In this document: positions 56,794 through 64,000 of the stretch, in pieces
Numbering within the stretch: the stretch's first letter is position 1
Layout: every line of letters begins with the position of its first letter
Source: Pseudomonadota bacterium
Lineage (GTDB): Bacteria; Pseudomonadota; Gammaproteobacteria; Burkholderiales; JABEVD01
Reading direction: 5' to 3'
Length of the DNA: 64,000 bases
Assembly: GCA_021802545.1 (NCBI GenBank)
Contig: JAJZRS010000010.1
Coordinates: 6,801-70,800, forward strand
Made by a program: the position numbers and the translations under genes
The notes under the pieces: generated by a model
Told to the model about the DNA's origin: nothing
Seen by the model: the letters and a program-made list of their open reading frames with translations, nothing else
Databases searched by the model: none

Positions 56794-57464
56794 CCGAAAC
56801 CATCCGACTTGTTCTCGTCGACGACCATTGCCTCTGTCGGCGTGGACTCACCGAACTTTTCGATCATTGCTATGGCATTTCCGTGGTCGGCGGGACAGGA
56901 AATGCATCGGAAGTCATTCCCATCCTTCAGGATACGCACCCCGACCTTCTGATCATGGACTTGCGCATGGAGCCCGTTGACGGCCTGGCGATTCTCGACC
57001 AGATCAGGAAAGCGGCCATAGACACGCCCGTCGTCATCCTGACGATGAGCGACTCGGAATCCGATCTTGCCGCGGCAATGCGACTCGGAGCGAAGGGCTA
57101 TCTTCTGAAGGACATGGATCCCGAGGACGTCGTCAATGCGGTGAGGCGCATCGCAGCAGGAGAACTGGTCGTCGCGCCCGCCATGACCGTGAAGCTGATG
57201 AATTTTCTGCAGCACGGCCAGCAGGAGCAGGTGCGCAAGAATTCACTGGAGCTTCTGACTGAACGGGAGCGTGAAATCCTTCAGCATCTGGCGCGCGGAG
57301 AAAGCAACAAGGTCATCGCCAGGACGCTCGACATCAGCTACGACACCGTCAAGCAGCATGTCAGGCACATTCTCTTCAAGCTCAAGCTCGCATCACGCGT
57401 CGAAGCTGCCGTGTTCGCCGTCGAGCAGCGCGCGAGCGAAAACAGGGTCTCCACCGGCCACTAG
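56790..57464 (+). CDS. NarL/LuxR-family response regulator
   Basis: MTETIRLVLVDDHCLCRRGL from the ATG at 56790 (ATGA overlap with the kinase stop). Receiver Asp in LLIMDLRMEP and a C-terminal LuxR HTH (LTEREREILQHLARGESNKVIARTLDISYDTVKQHV). Confidence 0.9.
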   Translation: MTETIRLVLVDDHCLCRRGLTELFDHCYGISVVGGTGNASEVIPILQDTHPDLLIMDLRMEPVDGLAILDQIRKAAIDTPVVILTMSDSESDLAAAMRLGAKGYLLKDMDPEDVVNAVRRIAAGELVVAPAMTVKLMNFLQHGQQEQVRKNSLELLTEREREILQHLARGESNKVIARTLDISYDTVKQHVRHILFKLKLASRVEAAVFAVEQRASENRVSTGH

Positions 57465-57997
57465 GCCTTGAATCTTTCAGGAAATTTTTCCCGGAATTTT
57501 CCAAGCTTGGGTTCGATCGCGAACATGCAGTAAGGCTGGTTCCTGTTCCGGTCGAAATAACGCCAATGATATTCTTCCGCGGGATGAAATGCCTCGATCG
57601 GGGCGACCTCGGTCACGACGGGATGGTCCCAATGCGCTGCAGCCTCTTCAATCGCCTTTTCGGCGGCTTCCTTCTGCGCATCGGAATGATAGAAGATGGC
57701 CGACCTGTACTGAGTCCCGATGTCGTTTCCCTGGCGGTTCAAGCTGGTCGGATCGTGGATTGAGAAGAACACGGCCAGGATCTCGGCATAGGATGCGATC
57801 GAAGGGTCGAAAGTCACCTGCACCACTTCCGCATGTCCAGTATCCCCCGCGCAGACCGCATCGTAATCCGGATGGTCCACATGCCCGCCGCTGTATCCGG
57901 GAACGACGCCGGCCACCCCATTCATCCTGGAAAAGATCGCCTCGAGGCACCAGAAGCACCCCCCGCCCAGCGTCGCAACCTCCACCTCTTCAACCAT
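57461..57997 (-). CDS. msrA: Peptide-methionine (S)-S-oxide reductase
   Basis: MVEEVEVATLGGGCFWCLEAIF from the ATG at 57997, with the GCFWC active site. Confidence 0.93.
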   Translation of the reverse strand: MVEEVEVATLGGGCFWCLEAIFSRMNGVAGVVPGYSGGHVDHPDYDAVCAGDTGHAEVVQVTFDPSIASYAEILAVFFSIHDPTSLNRQGNDIGTQYRSAIFYHSDAQKEAAEKAIEEAAAHWDHPVVTEVAPIEAFHPAEEYHWRYFDRNRNQPYCMFAIEPKLGKFREKFPERFKA

Positions 57998-58089
57998 AAG
58001 CACCTCGCGAAATGCCGTCCATCTGCCCAATCATACCATTTGTCGGATGGCGCATTGACAATAAAGCGCTCATGGTTTTTGATTGAATC

Positions 58090-58150
58090 GTGAGCCTCTT
58101 GAAGGCTCCCACCCTCCTCCTTACGGCCGGATCATTCCGGCCTCTTTTTT
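58090..58150 (+). ncRNA. Candidate sRNA 2 (hairpin - CACCCUCCUCC - intrinsic terminator), sibling of the 30450-30514 candidate
   Basis: Possible promoter TTGACA (58055-60), N17, TTTGAT. Hairpin GAGCC-N7-GGCTC (58092-58108). CACCCTCCTCC at 58110-58120 is identical to 30471-30481. Terminator GGCCGGA-TCA-TTCCGGCC plus TCTTTTTTT (58125-58150). Confidence 0.35.
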
Positions 58151-58761
58151 TATTTCACCTGCAGCCTGAAGCGGATGTCCTGGGTTGAGGGAACGGGCTT
58201 GCCGTCCTGCAATGCAGGAAAGAATTTCCAGGTGTTCAGAGTATCGAGAACGGCCTGATTCAAGCCGGGAAGCGGCGTTGCGATGATGAGCTCGACCTTG
58301 GTCGAACCGTCTTCGGCGATGTGGAATCTCGCCACGACCAGGACATCCATCGCATCCTGCCTGAATTCGTCCGGAATCACGGGCTTCGGGTTGTAAATGG
58401 CGCGCGCGCCCATTGCGTTGCCATCCTGCATCGGCGCCTGAGGTGGCGCAGGAGGAGCGGGTTTTGCAGGCGGCGCGGGCTTGGCTTGAGGCGCAGGTTT
58501 TTCAGGCGGTGCAGGCCTTGCAGCAGGTTTCGAAGGCTGAGGCCTGGGGGCAATCCTGGGCCCTGGGGCCGCTCTGACAGGCGCAGGCTTGGGCGCAGGC
58601 ATCTCGATCAGCTTCGCGTCGATCGGCTTTTGTTTCAAGGGGGCAGTCTGCGGCCTGGACAGGAATGTCCCGAACAGCCACATCAGCGTGAGCCATGCGA
58701 GCAGCGCGCCGCCCAATGTCCATGGCAGGCGATGCCAGGGATTGTCCAATTCACTGCCCAT
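58150..58761 (-). CDS. tonB: Energy transducer TonB
   Basis: 203-aa ORF. N-terminal anchor, Pro-rich spacer (KPAPVRAAPGPRIAPRPQPSKPAARPAPPEKPAPQAKPAPPAKPAPPAPP), C-terminal TonB domain. Confidence 0.85.
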   Translation of the reverse strand: MGSELDNPWHRLPWTLGGALLAWLTLMWLFGTFLSRPQTAPLKQKPIDAKLIEMPAPKPAPVRAAPGPRIAPRPQPSKPAARPAPPEKPAPQAKPAPPAKPAPPAPPQAPMQDGNAMGARAIYNPKPVIPDEFRQDAMDVLVVARFHIAEDGSTKVELIIATPLPGLNQAVLDTLNTWKFFPALQDGKPVPSTQDIRFRLQVK

Positions 58762-59155
58762 CTTTGACTGCGATCAGGAAATGCTCGGCTCCGGCCTGTT
58801 TCGCGCGCAGCATGGCTTGAACCACGATGCCGTGCTGCGCCGCAGTGTCGGCGGAGACGATGATGCTGGCATCGGGTTTTTTCAGCATTTTCTGCAGAGT
58901 CGCCTGCAGCGTATCCAATGTCACCTGCGTCTTGTCCAGGAAGATTTTTCCTTCCTTCGTGACGGTCAGCGTGACAGGCGTCTTGGGCTGCATGGGGGCA
59001 GCCTGCCCCTTGGGCAGATTGACTGGAAGGGAATGCAGGTTCTGCATGGACAAGGACGCCAGCATGAAGGTGGCCAGCAGGAAGAACATCACGTCGATCA
59101 TCGGTATGATCTCGATTCTCCCCCGCTTCGATGCCCTGCTCTTACGCAGCTTCAC
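58751..59155 (-). CDS. exbD: Biopolymer transport protein ExbD/TolR
   Basis: 134-aa ORF, IEIIPMIDVMFFLLATFML. Confidence 0.9.
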   Translation of the reverse strand: MKLRKSRASKRGRIEIIPMIDVMFFLLATFMLASLSMQNLHSLPVNLPKGQAAPMQPKTPVTLTVTKEGKIFLDKTQVTLDTLQATLQKMLKKPDASIIVSADTAAQHGIVVQAMLRAKQAGAEHFLIAVKDGQ

Positions 59156-59789
59156 TGGCCGCCCCTTCCTGATCCATCCTGATGTGGTCGATCAGCCGCG
59201 TTCCCAGCCTTTCCATCTCGTCCAATGCCTGGGACTGGAGGCGAGAGAAATAATTGAAGGCGAACAGGCAGATGAGCGCGATGAAGAGGCCGAGCGCGGT
59301 TGCGATCAGCGCCTGGGCAACGCCTGCAGTGACACCGCTCGGATCGACCAGCCCGGCTCCTCCGATCAGCTTGAATGCGTGCATCATTCCCGTGATGGTG
59401 CCGAGAAGCCCGAGCAGGGGCGCTGCGGTCACCACGGTTTCGAGTATCCAGAGCCCCCGGCTCATCGATTTCTCGATCTGCTGCGCCTCGTCGGACGCGC
59501 GCGATTCGACCCACCAGACGGGCTTTTCCCTGTTTTCCATGATGGGCCTGAAGAATCGCCCGAAGTAATGCTTCGAGCCAAGCACCCCGACCTCACGCTC
59601 GAGCTCTTCCCATGAAAAACCGTAGGTCTCGACAAGCTTGAGCAGATTCTCCGGCAGCTTCACGTATTTCAAATGGACGTAAGCCTTGTCGATCATGATG
59701 GCGAAGGCGAGCACGCCGAGCGCCAGGAGCGGGTAGACCATGATCCCGCCGTAATGTATCGCTTCCCATGTCTCGTTGATTCCCTGCAT
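59142..59789 (-). CDS. exbB: MotA/TolQ/ExbB proton channel protein
   Basis: MQGINETWEAIHYGGIMVYPLLAL from the ATG at 59789, with the conserved APLLGLLGTITGM. The upstream extension of the track ORF overlaps the receptor gene. Confidence 0.9.
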   Translation of the reverse strand: MQGINETWEAIHYGGIMVYPLLALGVLAFAIMIDKAYVHLKYVKLPENLLKLVETYGFSWEELEREVGVLGSKHYFGRFFRPIMENREKPVWWVESRASDEAQQIEKSMSRGLWILETVVTAAPLLGLLGTITGMMHAFKLIGGAGLVDPSGVTAGVAQALIATALGLFIALICLFAFNYFSRLQSQALDEMERLGTRLIDHIRMDQEGAASEAA

Positions 59790-59802
59790 TCTCAGCTCCT
59801 TG

Positions 59803-62103
59803 TTAAAATCCCTTGTCCATGCCGACGTAAAAACCCCGCCTCGGTCCGTACTGCGGCGCGCCCACGCCGATGCCCGAGCCGTCCCTGATTTCATAGCTGT
59901 GGTCGAACAGGTTGATTACCGCGAACCTTCCTTCCACCTTGCCGATTCGAGGCAATGCGAATTTCCTGGTCATGCCCAGATTGACCTGCATGTAGCCAGG
60001 CATCTTGGCCGTGTTGGCGAATCCCCTGCGCATCCCGCTCGCAAGCAGCATGTCCATGCTGTAGTTCGTCCCGCGCCAGAAATAGGACACGCCTGTCGAT
60101 CCCGTGTAGGCCTGGTCGTGGTCGAGATGGACCCAGTTGTTCGAAATGTAGGCCAGCTCGTCGGCCGAAAAATTGTACTGCCCGGAAACGATGTTCTTTC
60201 CCATCGCGCGTGATGCGGCCAGATTCAGGTAGGCCGAGAATTCCCCCTTCTTGTAATTGCCGGTGAATTCCAGCCCGTAAATCTTTCCTTTCCCGTAGTT
60301 GAACGGTGAAAAGACGAGCGCCTGACCGAACTGCCCTTCGTCGAGGAGATCCTGGACCAGCCTGTAATAGCCGTCTATGCCCAGGTTGAGCGCCTGGGTG
60401 AACTGGTGCGAGATTCCTAAATCGAAATAATGGCTGCGCTCCGGCAGAACGTTCGTATTGCCGTTCGATGGCAGGGCATTGGTCGTGCCGGCGAATTTCG
60501 CGATGCTCGTCGGCGCGATCAATTCGGTCGCAGGCGGCGTGAAATAGCGCGCATATCCGGCATGCAGCGTGGTCCTCTTCGTCGCCTGGTAGACAAGCCC
60601 GACCCTGGGGCTCAATTGGTCGGCGTTCACATAGGCGTTCATCACGTCGAGGCGCGCGCCGTAATTGACGGTGAGGCGCTTTGCCGGATGCCATTCGTCG
60701 TTCAGGTACGCGCCGTAGAGCCATGCCGTTTTCGAATGGTTGTCGACGATGGAAAAGGGATTGGCGCTTGTCTGGTTGCCCAGCGCGTCGGCTGGAAAGA
60801 CCGCAGAAGTGTTGTCTGAGACGGCATGTTCGCCGCTCGTGAAGAACCCCGCATGCAGGGTATGCGTCCCGCTCAATCTCAGGCTGCCGTCTCCCTGGAC
60901 GCCGTTCGCGAAGCTGCTCCTGAACACGGTCGACGCGACCCCGCTGTAGATCAGATCGCCGTAAGGGTCGGGATTGTAGGCCACGCTCGAATAGCGCGTG
61001 AAAAGCGAAATCTGGTAATCGGTTCTTTCCTTCGATTTCTTCAGGGCGAGGATGCCGTAGCGGTTGACTTCCCTCTGGGTCTCGTTGAGGTTGGCGGAAG
61101 GATAGCCGGGCACGCCCGCGAGCGCGTATTGCTGGGGAAGACCGGGCGTATTGGGAATCTGGAAACGGCTGTCCGAATTGCCGAGGATGAGGTTGAGGCT
61201 CGTCGTCGGATTCGCCAGATAGGAAAGATAGCCGAATCCCTTCGTCTGTCTCGTCGTATCGTGCAGCGGGTTCGCATCAGGGGTGTGCCCCTGTATGCCG
61301 AGATCGTTTTGCAGGAAGGAGCCGCTCAGGTAGTAATTGAATTTGCCGCTCGATCCGCCGTACTGGATGGACGGCTCGTAGGTATTGCGGCTGCCCCCGT
61401 AGAACCCGACATTTCCTCCTTGCTGGAACGCGCCGCTCTTGGTGCGAATGTCGACCACCCCTGCCGTCCTGTAGCCGTACTGGGCGGGCAGCACGCCCGT
61501 CAGCAGATCCATGCTTTCGGCGAATCGGGTATCCAGCGTCTGGCCGAATCCGCTGATCCCCTCGGGCAGCATGATGCCGTTGATCCTGTACTGCAGGTCG
61601 GCATGGTCGCCGCGCACATGGATCTGGCCGAAGGAATCCTGGACCACGCCGGGTGCCCTGAGCAGCACCTGGTTGAGCTGGGTATTTTCCCCCTGCGGAA
61701 GCGACTTGATCTCGGCATGGCCCATTCTGTAGACGCTGCTGCCGTCGATCGAGGCATTGCGCGCGATTCTTGTTTCGACCACGCTCACCTCGAGCGCCTT
61801 GTGCGCTGCCAGCGTGATCGAAGCCGTGGCCGTTCCAGATTTCACCACGACGATCGCCGTTCCGACGGAAAATCCCTTCTTTTGTGCCAGAACGGCGTAA
61901 ATCCCTGCAGGCACTTCGTGAAAACGGAAACTTCCGTCGGATGCGGCAATCGCTTTGCCGATCACCTTGCCCCGCGCATTCTGCAGACCAATTCTCGCTG
62001 CAGGAACGGGGCGGCCCAGGGTATCCTTCACCTCCCCGCGCACTTCGAATGCGTGGGCTGCGACGGGAAAAACAATCCCGGCCAGCAGAAACAGCCTTTT
62101 CAT
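59803..62103 (-). CDS. TonB-dependent receptor with N-terminal carboxypeptidase-regulatory-like domain
   Basis: 766-aa ORF. Signal peptide, CarboxypepD_reg-like region (RGEVKD..GRPVPAARIGL), plug, a 22-strand-type barrel, and C-terminal ..YVGMDKGF. Confidence 0.9.
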   Translation of the reverse strand: MKRLFLLAGIVFPVAAHAFEVRGEVKDTLGRPVPAARIGLQNARGKVIGKAIAASDGSFRFHEVPAGIYAVLAQKKGFSVGTAIVVVKSGTATASITLAAHKALEVSVVETRIARNASIDGSSVYRMGHAEIKSLPQGENTQLNQVLLRAPGVVQDSFGQIHVRGDHADLQYRINGIMLPEGISGFGQTLDTRFAESMDLLTGVLPAQYGYRTAGVVDIRTKSGAFQQGGNVGFYGGSRNTYEPSIQYGGSSGKFNYYLSGSFLQNDLGIQGHTPDANPLHDTTRQTKGFGYLSYLANPTTSLNLILGNSDSRFQIPNTPGLPQQYALAGVPGYPSANLNETQREVNRYGILALKKSKERTDYQISLFTRYSSVAYNPDPYGDLIYSGVASTVFRSSFANGVQGDGSLRLSGTHTLHAGFFTSGEHAVSDNTSAVFPADALGNQTSANPFSIVDNHSKTAWLYGAYLNDEWHPAKRLTVNYGARLDVMNAYVNADQLSPRVGLVYQATKRTTLHAGYARYFTPPATELIAPTSIAKFAGTTNALPSNGNTNVLPERSHYFDLGISHQFTQALNLGIDGYYRLVQDLLDEGQFGQALVFSPFNYGKGKIYGLEFTGNYKKGEFSAYLNLAASRAMGKNIVSGQYNFSADELAYISNNWVHLDHDQAYTGSTGVSYFWRGTNYSMDMLLASGMRRGFANTAKMPGYMQVNLGMTRKFALPRIGKVEGRFAVINLFDHSYEIRDGSGIGVGAPQYGPRRGFYVGMDKGF

Positions 62104-62164
62104 TCAATTCTCCAGAAAAATCAAGCAAGCCCCGAACGAGATTCGCTCAGGGTTGAGAGGACAT

Positions 62165-62440
62165 TCAGAAAGAAGCCGGAGGAGAACGGGAACGGGGACG
62201 AAGGGAGATGAGGCTGGAAAAGGCGGCTAATTCTGGAATCGCCGCAAGGAAAAGCAGGAGCAGCGAAAAAGCGGGAACGGAAAGCGGCGCAGGCGCATCC
62301 GCTGCCGAATGCGCTGCGACATGGCAGACGGCGCAGGCCATCTCGTCCGCTTCCTTGACGTGGTGATGCGATGCCTCCAGCCCGTAAAGGCCGATAAAGC
62401 ACAGCAGCACTGCAATCAGGATCAAATGGCGCTTTTGCAT
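62165..62440 (-). CDS. Small membrane protein with HHH and CxxCH motifs (DUF2946-like?)
   Basis: 91-aa ORF, MQKRHLILIAVLLCFIGLYG..ASHHHVKEADEMACAVCHVAAH. First gene of the receptor-exbBD-tonB operon. The family assignment is tentative. Confidence 0.45.
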   Translation of the reverse strand: MQKRHLILIAVLLCFIGLYGLEASHHHVKEADEMACAVCHVAAHSAADAPAPLSVPAFSLLLLFLAAIPELAAFSSLISLRPRSRSPPASF

Positions 62441-62499
62441 TTTTTCATTCTGCTTTCGATTGCTTCACCGGTCAAGAGACAGGCTCCTCCCCTGAAAGT

Positions 62500-63087
62500 T
62501 CATCGGGAATCGAGGATGCGCTCCACATACCTTGCCAGCATGTCGGCCTCAAGATTCACCGGGCTGCCCGATGCAAGATTCTTCAGGTTGGTATTGAAGA
62601 GGGTATGCGGGATCAGGTTGATGTGGAAGACGTCGCCCTCGACGGCATTCACCGTGAGGCTCACGCCGTTCACGGTGACCGAACCCTTTGCGGCGATGAA
62701 TTTGGAAATCGATTTCGGGCTGCGAATCGCAAGATGCATGCATTCGCCTTCCCGTTCGAAAGACACCACCTCCCCCACCCCGTCCACATGCCCGCTGACG
62801 AGATGGCCGCCCAGCCTGTCGGAGAGCCGCAGGGCCTTTTCCAGATTCACTTCACGCCCCGCTTCGAGCCCCGTCGTGCAATCCAGGGTTTCCTTCGAGA
62901 CATCCACCTTGAAAAGGCGGCCTTCCATTTCGATGACGGTGAGGCAGACGCCGCTCACCGCGATGCTGTCTCCGATGGCCACATCGGAAAGATCGAGATT
63001 GGCCGAATCGATGACAAGGCGTATTCCCTTTTCCGCATCCTTCGAACTTTCGATTTTTCCGACTGCTGCGATGATCCCGCTAAACAT
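62500..63087 (-). CDS. ribE: Riboflavin synthase (alpha chain)
   Basis: 195-aa ORF, MFSGIIAAVGKI..GDSIAVSGVCLTV, and a second repeat GSVTVNGVSLTV. Confidence 0.93.
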   Translation of the reverse strand: MFSGIIAAVGKIESSKDAEKGIRLVIDSANLDLSDVAIGDSIAVSGVCLTVIEMEGRLFKVDVSKETLDCTTGLEAGREVNLEKALRLSDRLGGHLVSGHVDGVGEVVSFEREGECMHLAIRSPKSISKFIAAKGSVTVNGVSLTVNAVEGDVFHINLIPHTLFNTNLKNLASGSPVNLEADMLARYVERILDSR

Positions 63088-64000
63088 GCCTTCTCCCCAA
63101 AATTCTCAAATCCTTGCCGAGCATTTCCACGTCCGAGATTTCAAGCGCATGCCGATCTTCCATTTTTTGAAGCGCTGGAATGTCGAACATGCCCTTTGCC
63201 CGCTTCCCCAGCAGGCAGGGCGCGAGATAGAAAACGAATTCGTCGACGAGCCCCGCTTCCAGCAGAGCCCCATTGAGCTTCTCTCCCGCCTCGACATGAA
63301 GTTCGTTGATCCCGCGCCTGCCGAGCTCATTGAGCAGCGCATGAAGATCGACGCTTCCCTTTTCGTCAGGCAGAAAGACCACTTCAGCCCCCGCTTTTTC
63401 CAGCACCTTCCGCTTGCCTGGATTTTCTTCGGCAGCGACGACAAGCAAATTGCCTCCGACGATCTTCGCATCCTCAGGAATCCTCAGACGGCTGTCGAGC
63501 ACGATTTTCAAGGGCTGGCGGGATATCTCCACGTCCCGCACGGTGAGCCTCGGATCGTCGGCGAGCACGGTGCCTATGCCGGTCAAGATCGCGCAGGCCC
63601 GAGCGCGAAACCGATGCCCGTCCTGCCGTGCCTCATCTCCCGTGATCCATTGGCTCGTTCCATCTTCGAGCGCAGTTTTTCCGTCCAGGCTCGCTGCGAT
63701 CTTCAGCCTGACCCAGGGTCGCCCCCGCTTCATTCTCGAGACGAATCCGGGATTCAAGGCCATGGCTTCCATCTCAAGCAGCCCGCATTCCACATTGACT
63801 CCCGCATCCATGAGGCGCTTCAATCCGCGTCCCGCCACGAGCGGATTGGGATCCTGCATGGCGAAGACGACGCGAGAGATGCCAGATGCGACCACCGCAT
63901 CGGCGCAGGGCGGCGTCCTGCCGTGATGGCTGCACGGCTCCAGCGTGACGTAGAGGGTGGCGTCCCGGCAAAGCGATCCGGCGTCCTTGATCGCGTGAAT
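63080..64000 (-). CDS. ribD: Bifunctional riboflavin biosynthesis protein RibD (deaminase/reductase), N-terminus runs off the window
   Basis: The reductase domain lies in track ORF 63080-63895. My upstream in-frame translation to the window edge reads ..ATLYVTLEPCSHHGRTPPCADAVVASG, which is the deaminase zinc motif. Confidence 0.92.
   Translation of the reverse strand: MHAIKDAGSLCRDATLYVTLEPCSHHGRTPPCADAVVASGISRVVFAMQDPNPLVAGRGLKRLMDAGVNVECGLLEMEAMALNPGFVSRMKRGRPWVRLKIAASLDGKTALEDGTSQWITGDEARQDGHRFRARACAILTGIGTVLADDPRLTVRDVEISRQPLKIVLDSRLRIPEDAKIVGGNLLVVAAEENPGKRKVLEKAGAEVVFLPDEKGSVDLHALLNELGRRGINELHVEAGEKLNGALLEAGLVDEFVFYLAPCLLGKRAKGMFDIPALQKMEDRHALEISDVEMLGKDLRILGRRHV

Noticed and set aside
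58000-58123. A 40-codon minus-strand ORF (GTG after AAGGAGGAGG; MGAFKRLTIQSKTMSALLSMRHPTNGMIGQMDGISRGAYG) ending 8 nt into msrA, as an alternative reading of the sRNA-2 motif.
   Set aside because: It has no recognisable family and uses a GTG placed only 3-4 nt from the SD core. The identical 11-mer at 30471 has no ORF behind it. It is kept only as the refutation scenario for the sRNA hypothesis.
58400-58620. Repetitive GC-rich DNA inside tonB.
   Set aside because: It encodes the normal Pro/Lys/Ala-rich periplasmic spacer of TonB and is not a tandem-repeat element.

Overview
Gene-dense 64-kb chromosomal segment. Gene content and order suggest a sulfur-oxidising betaproteobacterium (inference). 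I found no rRNA, CRISPR array, transposase or integrase.

(1) 1-24.7 kb, housekeeping: ubiG, an amidohydrolase and gyrA are followed by a long co-directional supraoperon: serC, serA-like, pheA, hisC, DAHP synthase, osmC-like, tyrA, fused aroA-cmk, rpsA, ihfB, lapA, lapB, pyrF, rfaE1, rfaD. One AT-rich, foreign-looking ORF with nucleotidyl-cyclase/Palm-like motifs interrupts it. An rnr-rlmB-STAS-ATP-grasp operon and tRNA-Leu(CAG) follow.

(2) 24.9-31.1 kb, accessory-looking stretch: a cytochrome c peroxidase, a porin, yefM-yoeB with TGTACA operators, and cbpA-cbpM. It also holds a transmembrane-less P-type ATPase fragment and an AT-rich gap. The gap contains two tandem paralogous 34/36-codon hydrophobic-peptide genes and a convergent candidate sRNA behind a sigma-54 type promoter.

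(3) 31.1-43.3 kb: a complete oxidative-type dsrABEFHCMKLJOPN cluster ending in a CPPC thioredoxin.

(4) 43.4-55.6 kb, sulfur-trafficking neighbourhood: a six-gene operon divergent from dsrA (71-aa protein, orphan Cas6/Cmx6-like protein, Cys-less DsrC paralog, TusA-TusA fusion, unknown, TauD-like dioxygenase), a FadL-type porin, tusA-dsrE3-like, and a soeABC-tauE-DUF1634-usp operon.

Main finding: three of these operons share a ~70-bp tripartite upstream module with identical spacing and orientation.

(5) 55.7-64 kb: a GAF histidine kinase with a NarL-type regulator, msrA, a second CACCCUCCUCC-containing sRNA candidate, a tonB-exbBD-TonB-dependent receptor operon, ribE and a partial ribD.
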